Part shown: piece after piece, positions 13,095 through 27,803 of the stretch
Layout of the letters: the number at the start of each line of letters is the position of its first letter
How positions within the stretch are numbered: position 1 is the stretch's first letter
NCBI RefSeq assembly: GCF_009914755.1
Contig: NC_060938.1
Length of the DNA: 64,000 nt
From: the human T2T-CHM13v2.0 reference genome, Homo sapiens
Strand: one strand, 5' to 3'
Notes under the pieces: generated by a model
What the model was told of the DNA's origin: nothing
Database searches by the model: none
Seen by the model: only the letters and a program-made list of their open reading frames with translations
Program-made: the position numbers and the translations under genes

Positions 13095-13406
13095 GGCCGG
13101 GCGTGGTGGCTTACACCTGTAATTCCAGCACTTTGAGGGTCCAAGGTGGGCGGATCATGAGGTCAGGAGTTTGAGACCAGCTTGACCTACATGGTGAAAC
13201 CCTGTCTCTACTAAAAATACACAAATTAGCCAGGCGTGGTGGCACGCGTCTGTAATCCCAGCTACTCAGGAGGCTGAGGCAGGACAATCGCTTGAACCCT
13301 GGAAGCGGAGGTGGCAGTGAGCCAAGATCGTGCTCCAGCCTGGGCGACACTGCACTCCAGCCTGGGCGACAGAGTGAGACTCTGTCTCAAAAAAAAAAAG
13401 ATAGAA
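13095..13406 (+). mobile_element. AluS element with 18-bp TSD
   Basis: Dimeric Alu GGCCGGGCGTGGTGGC..; TSD AAAGATAGTGTGTATGTA at 13077-13094 and 13407-13424. Confidence 0.97.
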
Positions 13407-13579
13407 AAAGATAGTGTGTATGTAAAGAGAAAGTTTTGAATGAAGCAAGATCTGTGCTACTCACTCATTTTTAGATTAGTTTTTGTATGTGTGGACACAG
13501 AAAGACCTGAATCATTAATGTGTCTTCAGTTAACAGAAAAAGATTTAGGAAGTTAAGGAACCCTGAAGGCCATAGAAGA

Positions 13580-13640
13580 TTATATATATGTACATATATA
13601 CATATGTGTGTGTGTGTGTGTATATACACACATACATATA
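13580..13640. repeat. (TA)n/(TG)n/(CA)n compound microsatellite
   Basis: TATATATATGTACATATATACATATGTGTGTGTGTGTGTGTATATACACACATACATATA. Confidence 0.85.
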
Positions 13641-14045
13641 ATGGGTGTGAGTCACATGTAGCTTAAGTATCTTGAGTTGGAAGCCCATACGGTGAGCAGT
13701 ACAGTGAGTTGTTTCTAAATTAATTTCTATGGCAATTGTCAATGATCTCAAAAATGTTGGCCTAAATTAGGAAGCAGATTTGATCTTTGATACTGCAGGG
13801 ATTTTGCCATGAATAGTTATGGGAAACTTGCCAGCTTATCAGGGTGGATTGGCATTAAGAAAGCTGGTGCTCAGACAGCTTCCCTGTTCCTCCTTCCTAG
13901 CATAAATCATTTCCTCTACTCCAAAACTCTAACAATTGGGCTTAGAATTATACTATGCACTGAATAAGAAATTGGAAACAGAAGTTCAGAATCTCTCCAT
14001 GCCCTGTTTCCTCCTGACTTGCTGCTTCATTTGGGGTGTTATGTC

Positions 14046-17312
<3,267 letters not shown>

Positions 17313-18077
17313 ACTTTTTTTGTGCTGGCTGGAGATGTGAGCAAGGGACAGCTCTCAGCTTCATTTTTCAGTCGCTGACACAGCAGCTCATCTCCAGACC
17401 AGGAAATCCTTATTCTGGCCTGACTAGAAATTGCTCCTTTTCTTTTAACCCTGTCTACTTTTCTCACCGGACCTCTTCAGATCCTCTTTCTCTGGTGGGT
17501 TAAATCAGATCCTGCTACTGCTACCTGGTAACACAGCTCTGTCTGGGCCCAGAGAATCAAATGGGTACTATCAACCACACAGGCTGCTCCAGAACAACTG
17601 CATTCCATGTTGTGGCACAGCAGGCATGAGTCTGTGATGAAGGCATCACACTCACCCAAAGAACAGAGTGGGCTACAGTTGCTTAAGTTTATTTTACAGT
17701 GTTTCTGTTTAAATTTAGACAGCAGCTGCCTGTCCTTTCAGTTGAGCTCTTCCCATCATAGCAGAGAAGCCAGCCAGCCAACAGCATGGCACAGCGCCAT
17801 GCTCCTATTCCTTCTCAGGTCCTAGGCTTACATCTGGCCCTTGGGAAAGACCTCAGGTGAAGAGCTATCTTAGGCCTCACTGTCCAGTTAGGAATTGTTC
17901 CTTGGGTGGCTTACACATCTCCAATGGGGAAGCAGAATCTTCTACCCAGAGGTAGGGCTGGATGGTGCATTGTTGTTAGGACTTGAGAGAACTAAGAAAG
18001 GCTTTCTGTCCCCCGAATATTCTCCCAGAAACTTTTCACACTATTTAGGAATAATTTATTTGTGTTAACAAATAATC

Positions 18078-18179
18078 TTTATTTATTTTTAAACTTTTTT
18101 TAGAGACAGGGTCTCCTTATGTTGCCTAGGTTGGTCTCAAACTCCTGACCTCAAGCAATCTCTCACCTCAGCCTCCCAA
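18078..18179 (-). mobile_element. FLAM / Alu left-monomer
   Basis: TAGAGACAGGGTCTCC..GTTGCCTAGGTTGGTCTCAAACTCCTGACCTCAAGCAATC..CCTCAGCCTCCCA; flanked by AACAAATA on both sides. Confidence 0.85.
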
Positions 18180-18409
18180 CAAATACCCTTTTAGAAATGT
18201 TTATTATTTATACCTAAAAATAGGTTGCTTGTTTATCGAATTTTTACATGAATTGTAAAACAAACTGGGCACTTCCTAGAGAAGGGAAAGGGGCTCACAT
18301 GTCAGGGACAAGGACAAAGAGGTTGTCTAGAATAACAGGGTATCATGCTTGGATGGAGGGGTGGTGGGGTAGGGGAAGAGCTTTTGGCAATCAGTATGTG
18401 GATTCTGAG

Positions 18410-19245
18410 TACCAGTGACTCCTACATCTGTATTCACAGTCCCAGATTCTCTCCAGAGTCCAAAATCCATATTTATAATTTCCCTTTCAATAGATCCATC
18501 TAAAGTCCAATGGGCACCTTAAATGCAGCATGTTTCTAAACCTAAATGCATCCTTTCTTCTTTTTTGCCCATACTCACACCTTTTCTCTAATCCAAGCCT
18601 TTTTGAATGTCCCCCCTCGACTCGATCACCCTTTCCAGAGGTTTTATCTCATACATTTCTCTGCTCTAACCCCGCACTGCCCATGGCTTCTTTCTGGCTC
18701 TCAGTTTCTTCACACAGCCAATTGCAAATGACCTTTTTATTGGTCTTTCTCCCTTCATCTCCCTGTTTCTACTTTATTTCCTCTTCCATATTACTGCCAA
18801 AATTAACCATCTGAACACAAATCTGATCACCATTCTCCTCCAAAAACGCTTCCTGTAACAATCTGCCATAGCTACAGAATAAAGTCTAAACTCTGTAGTA
18901 CACTACACAGAGCCTGTCTCCATCTAGCCACTCCCCCATGTCCACCACTGGAACACAGGCTTTGGTGACACTGCTTATGCTCTTTCCTCTGCATGAAATG
19001 GCCTTTTCCTATTCTACTCCTTTCTTCACCATTCCATCAGATCTAGCCTTCTCTGCAAAGCTCTCACCATTCCATCAGATCTAGCATAAATATTGCCTTC
19101 TCTGCAAAGCTCTCTCTAGCTTCCCCAGGCCTCCCTCTCAGCGCCCAGAACATTTTATACAGTACAGCTCCTATAGTTGGAGCACTAATGTTTGGCAAGT
19201 GTCTGCACACAGGAAGTGCTCAATTAATGTTTACTATTAAATGAA
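18410..19245 (+). mobile_element. L2 LINE 3' relic
   Basis: CCCAGATTCTCTCCAGAGTCCAAAATCCATAT..GGCACCTTAAA..CAGCATGT; AAATCTGATCA; ends CACACAGGAAGTGCTCAATTAATGTTTACT. Confidence 0.7.
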
Positions 19246-19319
19246 GAGGATACTGGCGAAAAGAGGCTCCAAGAGATTACAGAAGGTGCCAGAGGGAGAA
19301 GAGAAAACAGTGAACAAGT

Positions 19320-19915
19320 TAAAACAGCAAATGAGCTATGCCATACACAATCATCAGACTGGAAGAGATTAAAAAGACTCATAGTGCCCAGTGTTGAGGG
19401 TGAAGGAGGAAAATGGGTGTTTTCATTTGCTGCTGGATGCTTGGTATCCTGATTGAGACTGTGTAGGGAAATTTTGACAACATGCCCTTAAAGAAGATGA
19501 CAGGATTTGACCCAGCACTTCCATTTTAAAGAATTCCCCTTAAGGGAATGATCTGAGCAGCATTTGGTGATATTTATATAAAGATACCTGTTTATATCAA
19601 TAACCTAGTGACAGCTGAAACATCTAACTACAGGCAGTTGACTAAATAAACCACAGCACATTTTTACCTTAGACTATTAAACAGCCATTAAAAGTGACAA
19701 TATGGATCTATAATTATTAACATGGAAGGATAATATTTGTGATGCATCGTAGAATGAAAAAAGCTGGTTATAAAAATGTGCATATACTATGATCTCACTT
19801 AAAAATATTAGCATTAAACAATCATGAGGAATGTGTATTATAATGTTAATTGTGCTTGTTCCCAGTTGATGGTTTCTTTACACCGTTCTATATTTTCTGA
19901 ATTTTTGAAATGATT
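19320..19915 (+). mobile_element. Old L1M (L1ME-like) 3' fragment
   Basis: AAAACAGCAAATGAG..CATCAGACTGGAAGAGATTAAAAAG..CCAGTGTTG; TTTGACCCAGCACTTCCATTT; AACATGGAAGGAT. Confidence 0.65.
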
Positions 19916-19930
19916 AGAATTGGTTGTATA

Positions 19931-19931
<1 letters not shown>

Positions 19932-19987
<56 letters not shown>
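19932..19987. repeat. (AC)28 microsatellite
   Basis: Uninterrupted AC run. Confidence 0.98.
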
Positions 19988-19991
<4 letters not shown>

Positions 19992-20129
19992 ATAAGGCTA
20001 TTTCCACTAGGAGAAAGAGCAGGGAAAGCAGCCTTAGCTACGGTCGGCTAACCCTGACTTCTGGTTCCCATTGTCATAGCAGCTGCAGGGCATCCTGGCT
20101 GGTGTGGACACTGAAAGCAGCAGAGTCCT

Positions 20130-20702
20130 CACAACCCAGGGGGAGCCCAGTTGAGGAAAGGCTGAGCATTGCAGTGGTGACAATGCTAAGTGAAGATCCA
20201 GCAGTGTGGCAGCAACATGTGCTTCCAGATCATTCCCCAAAAGGCATGAGTCCCATGCCTTTTCTGTTAATATCCAAGCTAGCTCAGAATCCACTGGAGG
20301 ATATCTGGAAGACACTAGGAGCTAAATTAGGTAGAGACCCTGAATAATTCATGGCCACAGACCTTTTCAAAATTCTACTATAGGGGAAAATCATCTTTAA
20401 AAGTCTCCGTATCAGGAATTCCAGTCTGGCTGAGCTAAATAAAACCTAGTGGGGAAGCTGGCAGTAGCTTCTGAAGCGGAGGACCTCCTCCTCTTTCCCC
20501 TCTCCCTTCCCCACTAATGTGTTTTAGTTCATAGAGTGCCTGCTGATTTCCAGTTCCATTAGAAGTACTCCAGAGTGAGTGTTTGTTGAAAACACAACCC
20601 AGGGGAGCTGAAAAGGCTTGGCTGGGCATTGCAGTGGTGACAATGCTAAGTGAGGATTCAGCAAATGTGGTGGCAACAATTGCCTCCTGATCATTCCCCA
20701 AA
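20130..20702 (+). repeat. Spaced direct duplication of ~110 bp (copies 20130-20241 and 20593-20702)
   Basis: Shared CACAACCCAGGGG..GGCTG(A/G)GCATTGCAGTGGTGACAATGCTAAGTGA..GATCATTCCCCAAA; core ~87% identical. Confidence 0.92.
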
Positions 20703-22091
20703 CCCACAGGATGGCTTGATCACACCTCTGGGCCAGGCAGGAAGTCAGGAGACCCTATTTTCTTGGTGCTGGAGAACAGGGATGCTCTGCCTTCCAGAAT
20801 GCTCCGGGCAGCTTGAAATGGCATGATCCCTTACCTGATTGTGGGAGCCCCCTCATCCTTTGCTGTGCCTCCCCCTGCTACTGAGCGTGCCCACTCAGGC
20901 TCCATCGCAGACCCTGCAGCCAGCTACTCCCCTCTTCAGCCCCTCAGTCCTCCCTGCAGCTGCTAAAGTGGCCTTGGCCCGGGCAATGAGCACCCCCCAG
21001 CCTGTCCCGTGCTCGCAGCCACCTCTCCCGCTGGGTGACCCCATCCGGCCCTGCCTGTTGCTACTCTCCATGTCCTTCCCCCACCCACGGAGTGCTCCCT
21101 CCTCTCGGCTGCCCATACTCATAAATCTAGAAGGCCCCAGAGGCCGGCACTGGCAGCAATTTAGCCAGAGTCTGTCCCCAGAGCAAATTGTCTGGGAGCT
21201 CTGCCAGCTTCTGAAGAAAATCTGCTTTGTGAACAGGGGAAGAAGCCTCTTTTATACTTTCTGCTAATCACGTTATTTACATAAGAGAGCCCCGTGTGTT
21301 TCCTTCCTTTCCCACAAGTCCTCACACTCAAGCCCCTGCTTGTCCTGGAGCCTTGAGGAGACAAGAGCAAGACGTGAACAGGTGGTCGACTATTGTTCAA
21401 AATATGGAGGAAACGTAAAATACATGTCCTGAAAACTCATTCAGTTTCTCAAAAGGCTAAGGCATTTTATTAAACACATTTTCTTAGTAAGGAGAAAAAC
21501 AAGGCTGTAGCCCGACTGGAAAATTTACTGCGGCCCATCCTGAGCACTCCCCTCTCTTCACAAAACAAATAGTCATATGAATTGTGTCTTAAAAAGCAAA
21601 CTATAATTACAGTCTCTTGCCTATAAGCTTGATTTCTCTGTGATGTTTCTAAGCTAATTTGATGTTCTCTGCCTTGACTTGTCCTTTCACTTGTGGCCTT
21701 TCACTCTCTTCCCACCCTTTTCTTCAAACGCTGGTCTTTTCCTGTTTCTTTCCTTCCCAGACTCCCTACCTCAAAAGCCAATGGAGTCCAACAGATCAAG
21801 AATGACTATGAATGACTGAGGCTTATATGTTTTAAAAAACATGGTGAAAAAGTCAAGCTTAGGTGAGGGATATCCTTCAAGTCATGAGTTCAAGAAGTTA
21901 TGCCTTAACATCACTGCTCACCATCATTCAAAACATTTATACAAGGCCTCCCTTGGAATTGCCCTGAGGGGTGGTTTACAAGACACACAAGAAAAATCAA
22001 TCTTGATACTTTAATTTTGTCCCCACTTGGTTACATTTCTTCTTCATCAGACTTGGCTCTAAATGACAAATCCTAAATGAAAACGAGTCAT

Positions 22092-22794
<703 letters not shown>

Positions 22795-23005
22795 TAAGCC
22801 CTGAGGACAATCCCAATGGAGGCGGTCCAAGATTATTTTGTGAAAACAGGGCAATCTTCCCTTCAGGCCTAGCACCCTAGGGCAGCCATTTTGGAGGAAA
22901 ACATTTCAGTTGGATGTCTAAATTCAGAAAAGTTGTATGTTGTTTATTTTTCATCCATCTTGTTGCCATGGAGGGAGGCAGTTGTGGCATGTGATGTGCA
23001 CTAAT

Positions 23006-23195
23006 ATTTATGGAGTGTCTCCTACAATGAGCCCAGCTCTGAGCTGAGCATTTGGTGTGCAATAACTCATTTATTCTCCCAGCAACTCTGTGAGAAAGCA
23101 GAGGCTTTAAGAGGCAGATAACTTGAGCAAGGTTACACAAGGAGGGAGTAGCAGACCCAGGAATTAGATCCATTTTGCTGACTCTAAGGCCCCGT
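23006..23195 (-). mobile_element. MIR SINE
   Basis: AACTCATTTATTCTCCCAGCAACTCTGTGAG..TAACTTGAGCAAGGTTACACA..TGACTCTAAGGCCC. Confidence 0.7.
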
Positions 23196-24470
23196 TTACC
23201 AACTCATCCACCTGAGTTCACCTGTTCATGCCTCCCTTGTGTGGTTCTTTCTTTTTAACTTTCAATATTTCCGTGATTTTTTTTTTCTTCAGGAACTTGG
23301 TTCCCTATTTTTCCTGGATTGTTATTAATAATTTCTAAAAGAATCCAATATATTTTATTACTACAGATTTTTGTTCTAACCCGTGACTTCACTTATAGAT
23401 GTTTCTCAGTTACCTCGTGAAGGAGAGCTCTGTAGAAATATTTATCACTGGTGTACCACAAGCAGTTTGTGTTATTTTCTTTGTAAACCTTATGTGAAAT
23501 CTGAATACATAAACTTATTAAATCACGCGTTGACCAGAGCCATAAAAAATGCCTGGTAATTGGTCTCTACATCCAGAGCTTGGAAATCTACCTGTCCCTG
23601 GGGAATTATACCTCCAAGGCTAACACCTGAAGGGTCCGTCTCTACCGCCTTCTTTAGTTTTCTTTTCCCATAGGCCTTTGCAGCAACAATGCGTGTGATG
23701 TAGTTTTATCCACTTAATTGTTTCTTTCTGTTATCTTCAACCTTTTGGGATGCATGCCCTGCTCTGTCTTTCTTCCTTTCGTCTCTGCTCAGGGTCCACC
23801 TGAGGCAGTGTCTGGCTCTTCTTTCTTTCGCTCCCCGCCCCCGCCAAGAGGCCTATAACCCAGAGTGAAGCTTGTAGGGCTGCTTGGTAAAGCCATTTCA
23901 TTCACCTACAGCCCTGCCCCAAGTCTCTCTAAGTAGTCCCACTGCTTTCTAGCCTACTCCCCAGTGGCTATTACTAGATAAAAGTCACTAAATGAAAAAC
24001 AGATATTCCCCACACAGAAGAGAGACAGAGACAGATTTTTTAATCACTAATATTTTTTGGTCTTAACTACAGTTATTTACTTGTAACCTTGGCAGCAGTT
24101 TTTGTACCACTTTCCAAAAAAAGAAAGATGGTGACTGATTCAGATAAGATGGTATCATAGAGGCCAGTGGCCATGAACTGAAATAAAGAAGAAAGAAATT
24201 CTGATAATATGAATAACAGCTTTGATCATGAAAATTATTCAGGGCAAAGTGATGTATTAGGATAACCCATTTCAAATTGTGGGGGTTTGCTGTAGTAACT
24301 GGGAAACACAAATACTTGTAGTTGTAGAACACATTGGTTTACAAGCCATCAATGCTCACAACAAAGGAATGTAAGACATTGGGGAGCTCTATTATGTCAC
24401 CATTTTATAGAGGGAAAAATTGAAACAAAAAGAAGTTAGGTATCTTGGAAGGGAAAAGATTGATTAAGAA

Positions 24471-24770
24471 CACAAGAACAGAAAACCAAACATCATATGT
24501 TCTCACTCACAAGTGGGAGTTGAATAATGAGAACATATGGACATAGGGAGGGGAATATCACACACCGGGGCCAGTTGGGATGGTGGACTAGGGGAGGGAT
24601 AGCATTAGGAGAAATACCTAATGTAGGTGATGGGTTGATGGGTGCAGCAAACCACCATGGCATGTGTATACCTATGTAACAAACCTGCATGTCCTGCACA
24701 TGTACCCCAGAACTTAAAGTATAATAATAATAATAATAATAAAGAAATAACAATAAAATTAAAATAAACA
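24471..24770 (+). mobile_element. 5'-truncated L1PA (L1PA7-like) 3' end with (AAT)n tail
   Basis: ATGTTCTCACTCACAAGTGGGAGTTGA..GGGAGGGATAGCATTAGGAGAAATACCTAATGTAG..CTGCACATGTACCCCAGAACTTAAAGTATAATAA. Confidence 0.93.
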
Positions 24771-25756
24771 AGAAACAACAGAGCTAGGGTTAATATAATA
24801 GTTATAATAATTAAATGACAAGTTCAATGGACATTTTCTCTTTTGGTAATAATACTTCATGATGTATGTATGCATAGGAATCATATGATTTTTTTCAATC
24901 ACTTTAGACCTATTCAGTCCAGAACTAGAAATGAAGACGGCTAACTTTTGGGTCTTGCCTCTGTGATGAGCTCAGTCACTGAAGTCTAGCCAGGCTATCC
25001 TTCAACTTCTTTATCTTTAAAGGGTTGGCATGCAGCTGGGAGTGGTGGATGGATAATAGTTATGCATATGAAGGTGTTGTGGTGGTTTAATTAATATTGA
25101 TAAAATACTTGAAGATCCTCAGATGAAAGTGATCAACCAAAGAAAAATTATCATAGGATCCCTCCCTGCTCCTGCTTCAGATTTTTGGGCCAAAGTAAAA
25201 GGAGTTAACCTAGTCTGGAAAATCCTGCCACTAGAATTATGATGAAGGGTGTAGATGCTAAGCTTGTCACCCTAGTGCAGAGTGATGGTGTATTTTGGAT
25301 TGCTGAAATGCTGCTGCAAATCATTGTATCCCCAGGGACAACGTCTTGTCATCCATCAAGGCTGCCACTGGAGAATTTTCTACCTCAGCAACTCCTTGCC
25401 CTTAAAGCTAGCCCATGCAAGGAAGTCACAACCTCCTTCTGATAGCTGATGTAATGTTTCTTTCTCTTTTTTTTTTTTGTGGGGGATGGATAAAAAGAAC
25501 TAAAGTCTGGGACACAGCACAAATCGGTGGGTTCTAGCAGCTGTGGAGGAGAGATGTTAAGAGAAGGAGTAGTCTGTATGTACCGGATTCTTTCCCCCAG
25601 GCTGGAACCAACTCAACTCTGGTCATGTGATCAGAATAGAGGAAAAGCAAGGATTGGGGCTCAGTGGTGAGGCAACTGTAGAGATCTTGACGTGGAAGGG
25701 GCTCCTGTCCTCACTGCCTGGATGTACTGGCCATGGCAGCACTGACCACTGAGGCA

Positions 25757-25823
25757 CCTCAAGGGCCTCCTTCCCAGCAGTGAAAAGTGCCTCAAGGGCA
25801 CTCCTTCCCAGAAGTGGAAAGTG
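25757..25823. repeat. 33-bp tandem duplication
   Basis: CCTCAAGGGC(A)CTCCTTCCCAG(C/A)AGTG(A/G)AAAGTG x2. Confidence 0.85.
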
Positions 25824-26799
25824 GTGTGCCTGGGCAAAAGTAGCCTTTCAGAGGAGACAGAGAGGCTTTCCACCCTCACTCTCTCAAAATTAGGAGGCTC
25901 TAGTCTGATTGAGCCCTGACAATGGTAGGAAGAGAGTCTCTATGCCAGACTTTCCCAGAGTGCCCCACCCTCAGGGCCATCTACATCAGAATCACAGGAG
26001 CGGCCTTCTGAACCTGGGCCTAGGACTCTGCATTCCACAAGCTCCCAGGTTTCTCTGAACTGGTACAGTCCCCTACCCCACTCCTTGTTGATCCAAGTCC
26101 TAACTGAAAAGTTGGTCCCAATGACCAAAACAGGCTGCATTTCCTGATCTCTCAAGAAGAGAAGAGCCATCCCTGCAGCTGGCACATTGGGTGACTGTTG
26201 CCTCTTTTGAGGACATATCTTATAAATTTCTAATCAGAGAATTCTGAGGAACAGATTCCTTTGCCATTCCTCTCAGCCACAGCCCACAATTCGGCCGAGC
26301 CATTGACAGCTACTAAGTCAGAAAACCCCGGGCCAGGCCTTTCTTCACAGTGGTTATTTTGGCTTTACAGTTCAAAGTCTGGATGGCAGAGCCTCAAGGC
26401 AAATGCTCTTATGCTCCCAGAGAAAATGATACACATTTGACCAACATTCTTGGATGCTTCCTGAATCTCTACATTTTTTTTTTTTTAACTAAAGGAGGAT
26501 TTCTGTATTATTTAGAGCTTCTCTAATGACCTGAAGTGAGGTCTGGGTGCCAATAAGTTAAGACAGCTTAGTCTTTGACCTGGGCTGAAGCCTCTCTGAA
26601 ATTCCATGTCTCCCTGTATCCATCCCATGCCTTCCTTGTCTCTTCATGACTGAGCCCTGGCATCTCCCCAGCTAAGGCCTATCTCTCCTCTCCAATCCCA
26701 ACTGGAGGCAAGAGGCATTTAAGCTTCCCCAGCTCCCATGTCTGGGAAGCTTAGACTGTTGGAGCATTGACCAACCATGGGATATCAGGGAATTATAAA

Positions 26800-26930
26800 C
26801 ATCTCTAAGCCTTGGTAACGTTATTTGTGAACATGAGAAGAATAATTCTTACTTTGCCAGGATTAAATCAGATTATGTATGTTAAGTGTCTACACTTGTG
26901 CCTGGCACATGGAAGGTGCTCAATAAGTGG
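26800..26930 (+). mobile_element. MIR fragment
   Basis: AGGATTAAATCAGATTATGTATGTTAAGTG..GTGCCTGGCACATGGAAGGTGCTCAATAA. Confidence 0.7.
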
Positions 26931-27142
26931 TGTAATGTCACTCTTATCACCTCTGGGCTCTTGTAATCTCTCCCCCACATGACTCTTCCTGCCCATTTGA
27001 CCCTGGTTACAGCTAAATTGACCAACAGACTCTCAGGCAGGAGGTCGCTGGGTAGAGAGACAGGGATAGTTCTCAAAGTTCTCTCCTACCCCAGCACATT
27101 TTTCAAAAGTGATTCTTCTCAATAATTTTTAAGATAAAATGT

Positions 27143-27375
27143 TAATGAAAACAAATGACACAGGGAGGGGAACATCACACACTAGGGCCTGTTGGGGGTT
27201 AGGGGGCAAGGGGAGGGAGAGCATTAGGACAAATACCTAATGCATGTGGAGCTTAAAACCTAGATGATAGGTTGATAGGTGCAGTAAACCACCATGGCAC
27301 ATGTATACCTGTGTAACAAACCTGCATGTTCTGCACATGTATCCCAGAACTTAAAGTAAAATAAATAAATAAAAA
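27143..27375 (+). mobile_element. 5'-truncated L1PA (L1PA8-like) 3' end with 12-bp TSD
   Basis: GAGCATTAGGACAAATACCTAATGCATG..GCTTAAAACCTAGATGA..CCCAGAACTTAAAGTAAAAT; TSD AAGATAAAATGT at 27131-27142 and 27376-27387. Confidence 0.93.
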
Positions 27376-27414
27376 AAGATAAAATGTGAGTAAGATCAGT
27401 TAAGACTACAATTG

Positions 27415-27803
<389 letters not shown>

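Noticed and set aside
20165-20187. Iron-responsive element (CAGUG loop hairpin) in the duplicated unit
   Set aside because: An IRE needs C-N5-CAGUG(H)-N5. Here the loop is 9 nt (CAGTGGTGA), the sixth base is G and there is no correctly placed bulged C.
20800-21200. CpG island / promoter
   Set aside because: GC-rich, but CpGs are sparse and the stretch is short.
23830-23862. GC-box plus TATA-like promoter (CCCCGCCCCCGCC..CCTATAACC)
   Set aside because: Isolated motifs with a non-consensus TATA and no CpG island; insufficient support.
26720-26753. 10-bp inverted repeat TAAGCTTCCC..GGGAAGCTTA
   Set aside because: A single short stem within chance expectation, with no supporting context.
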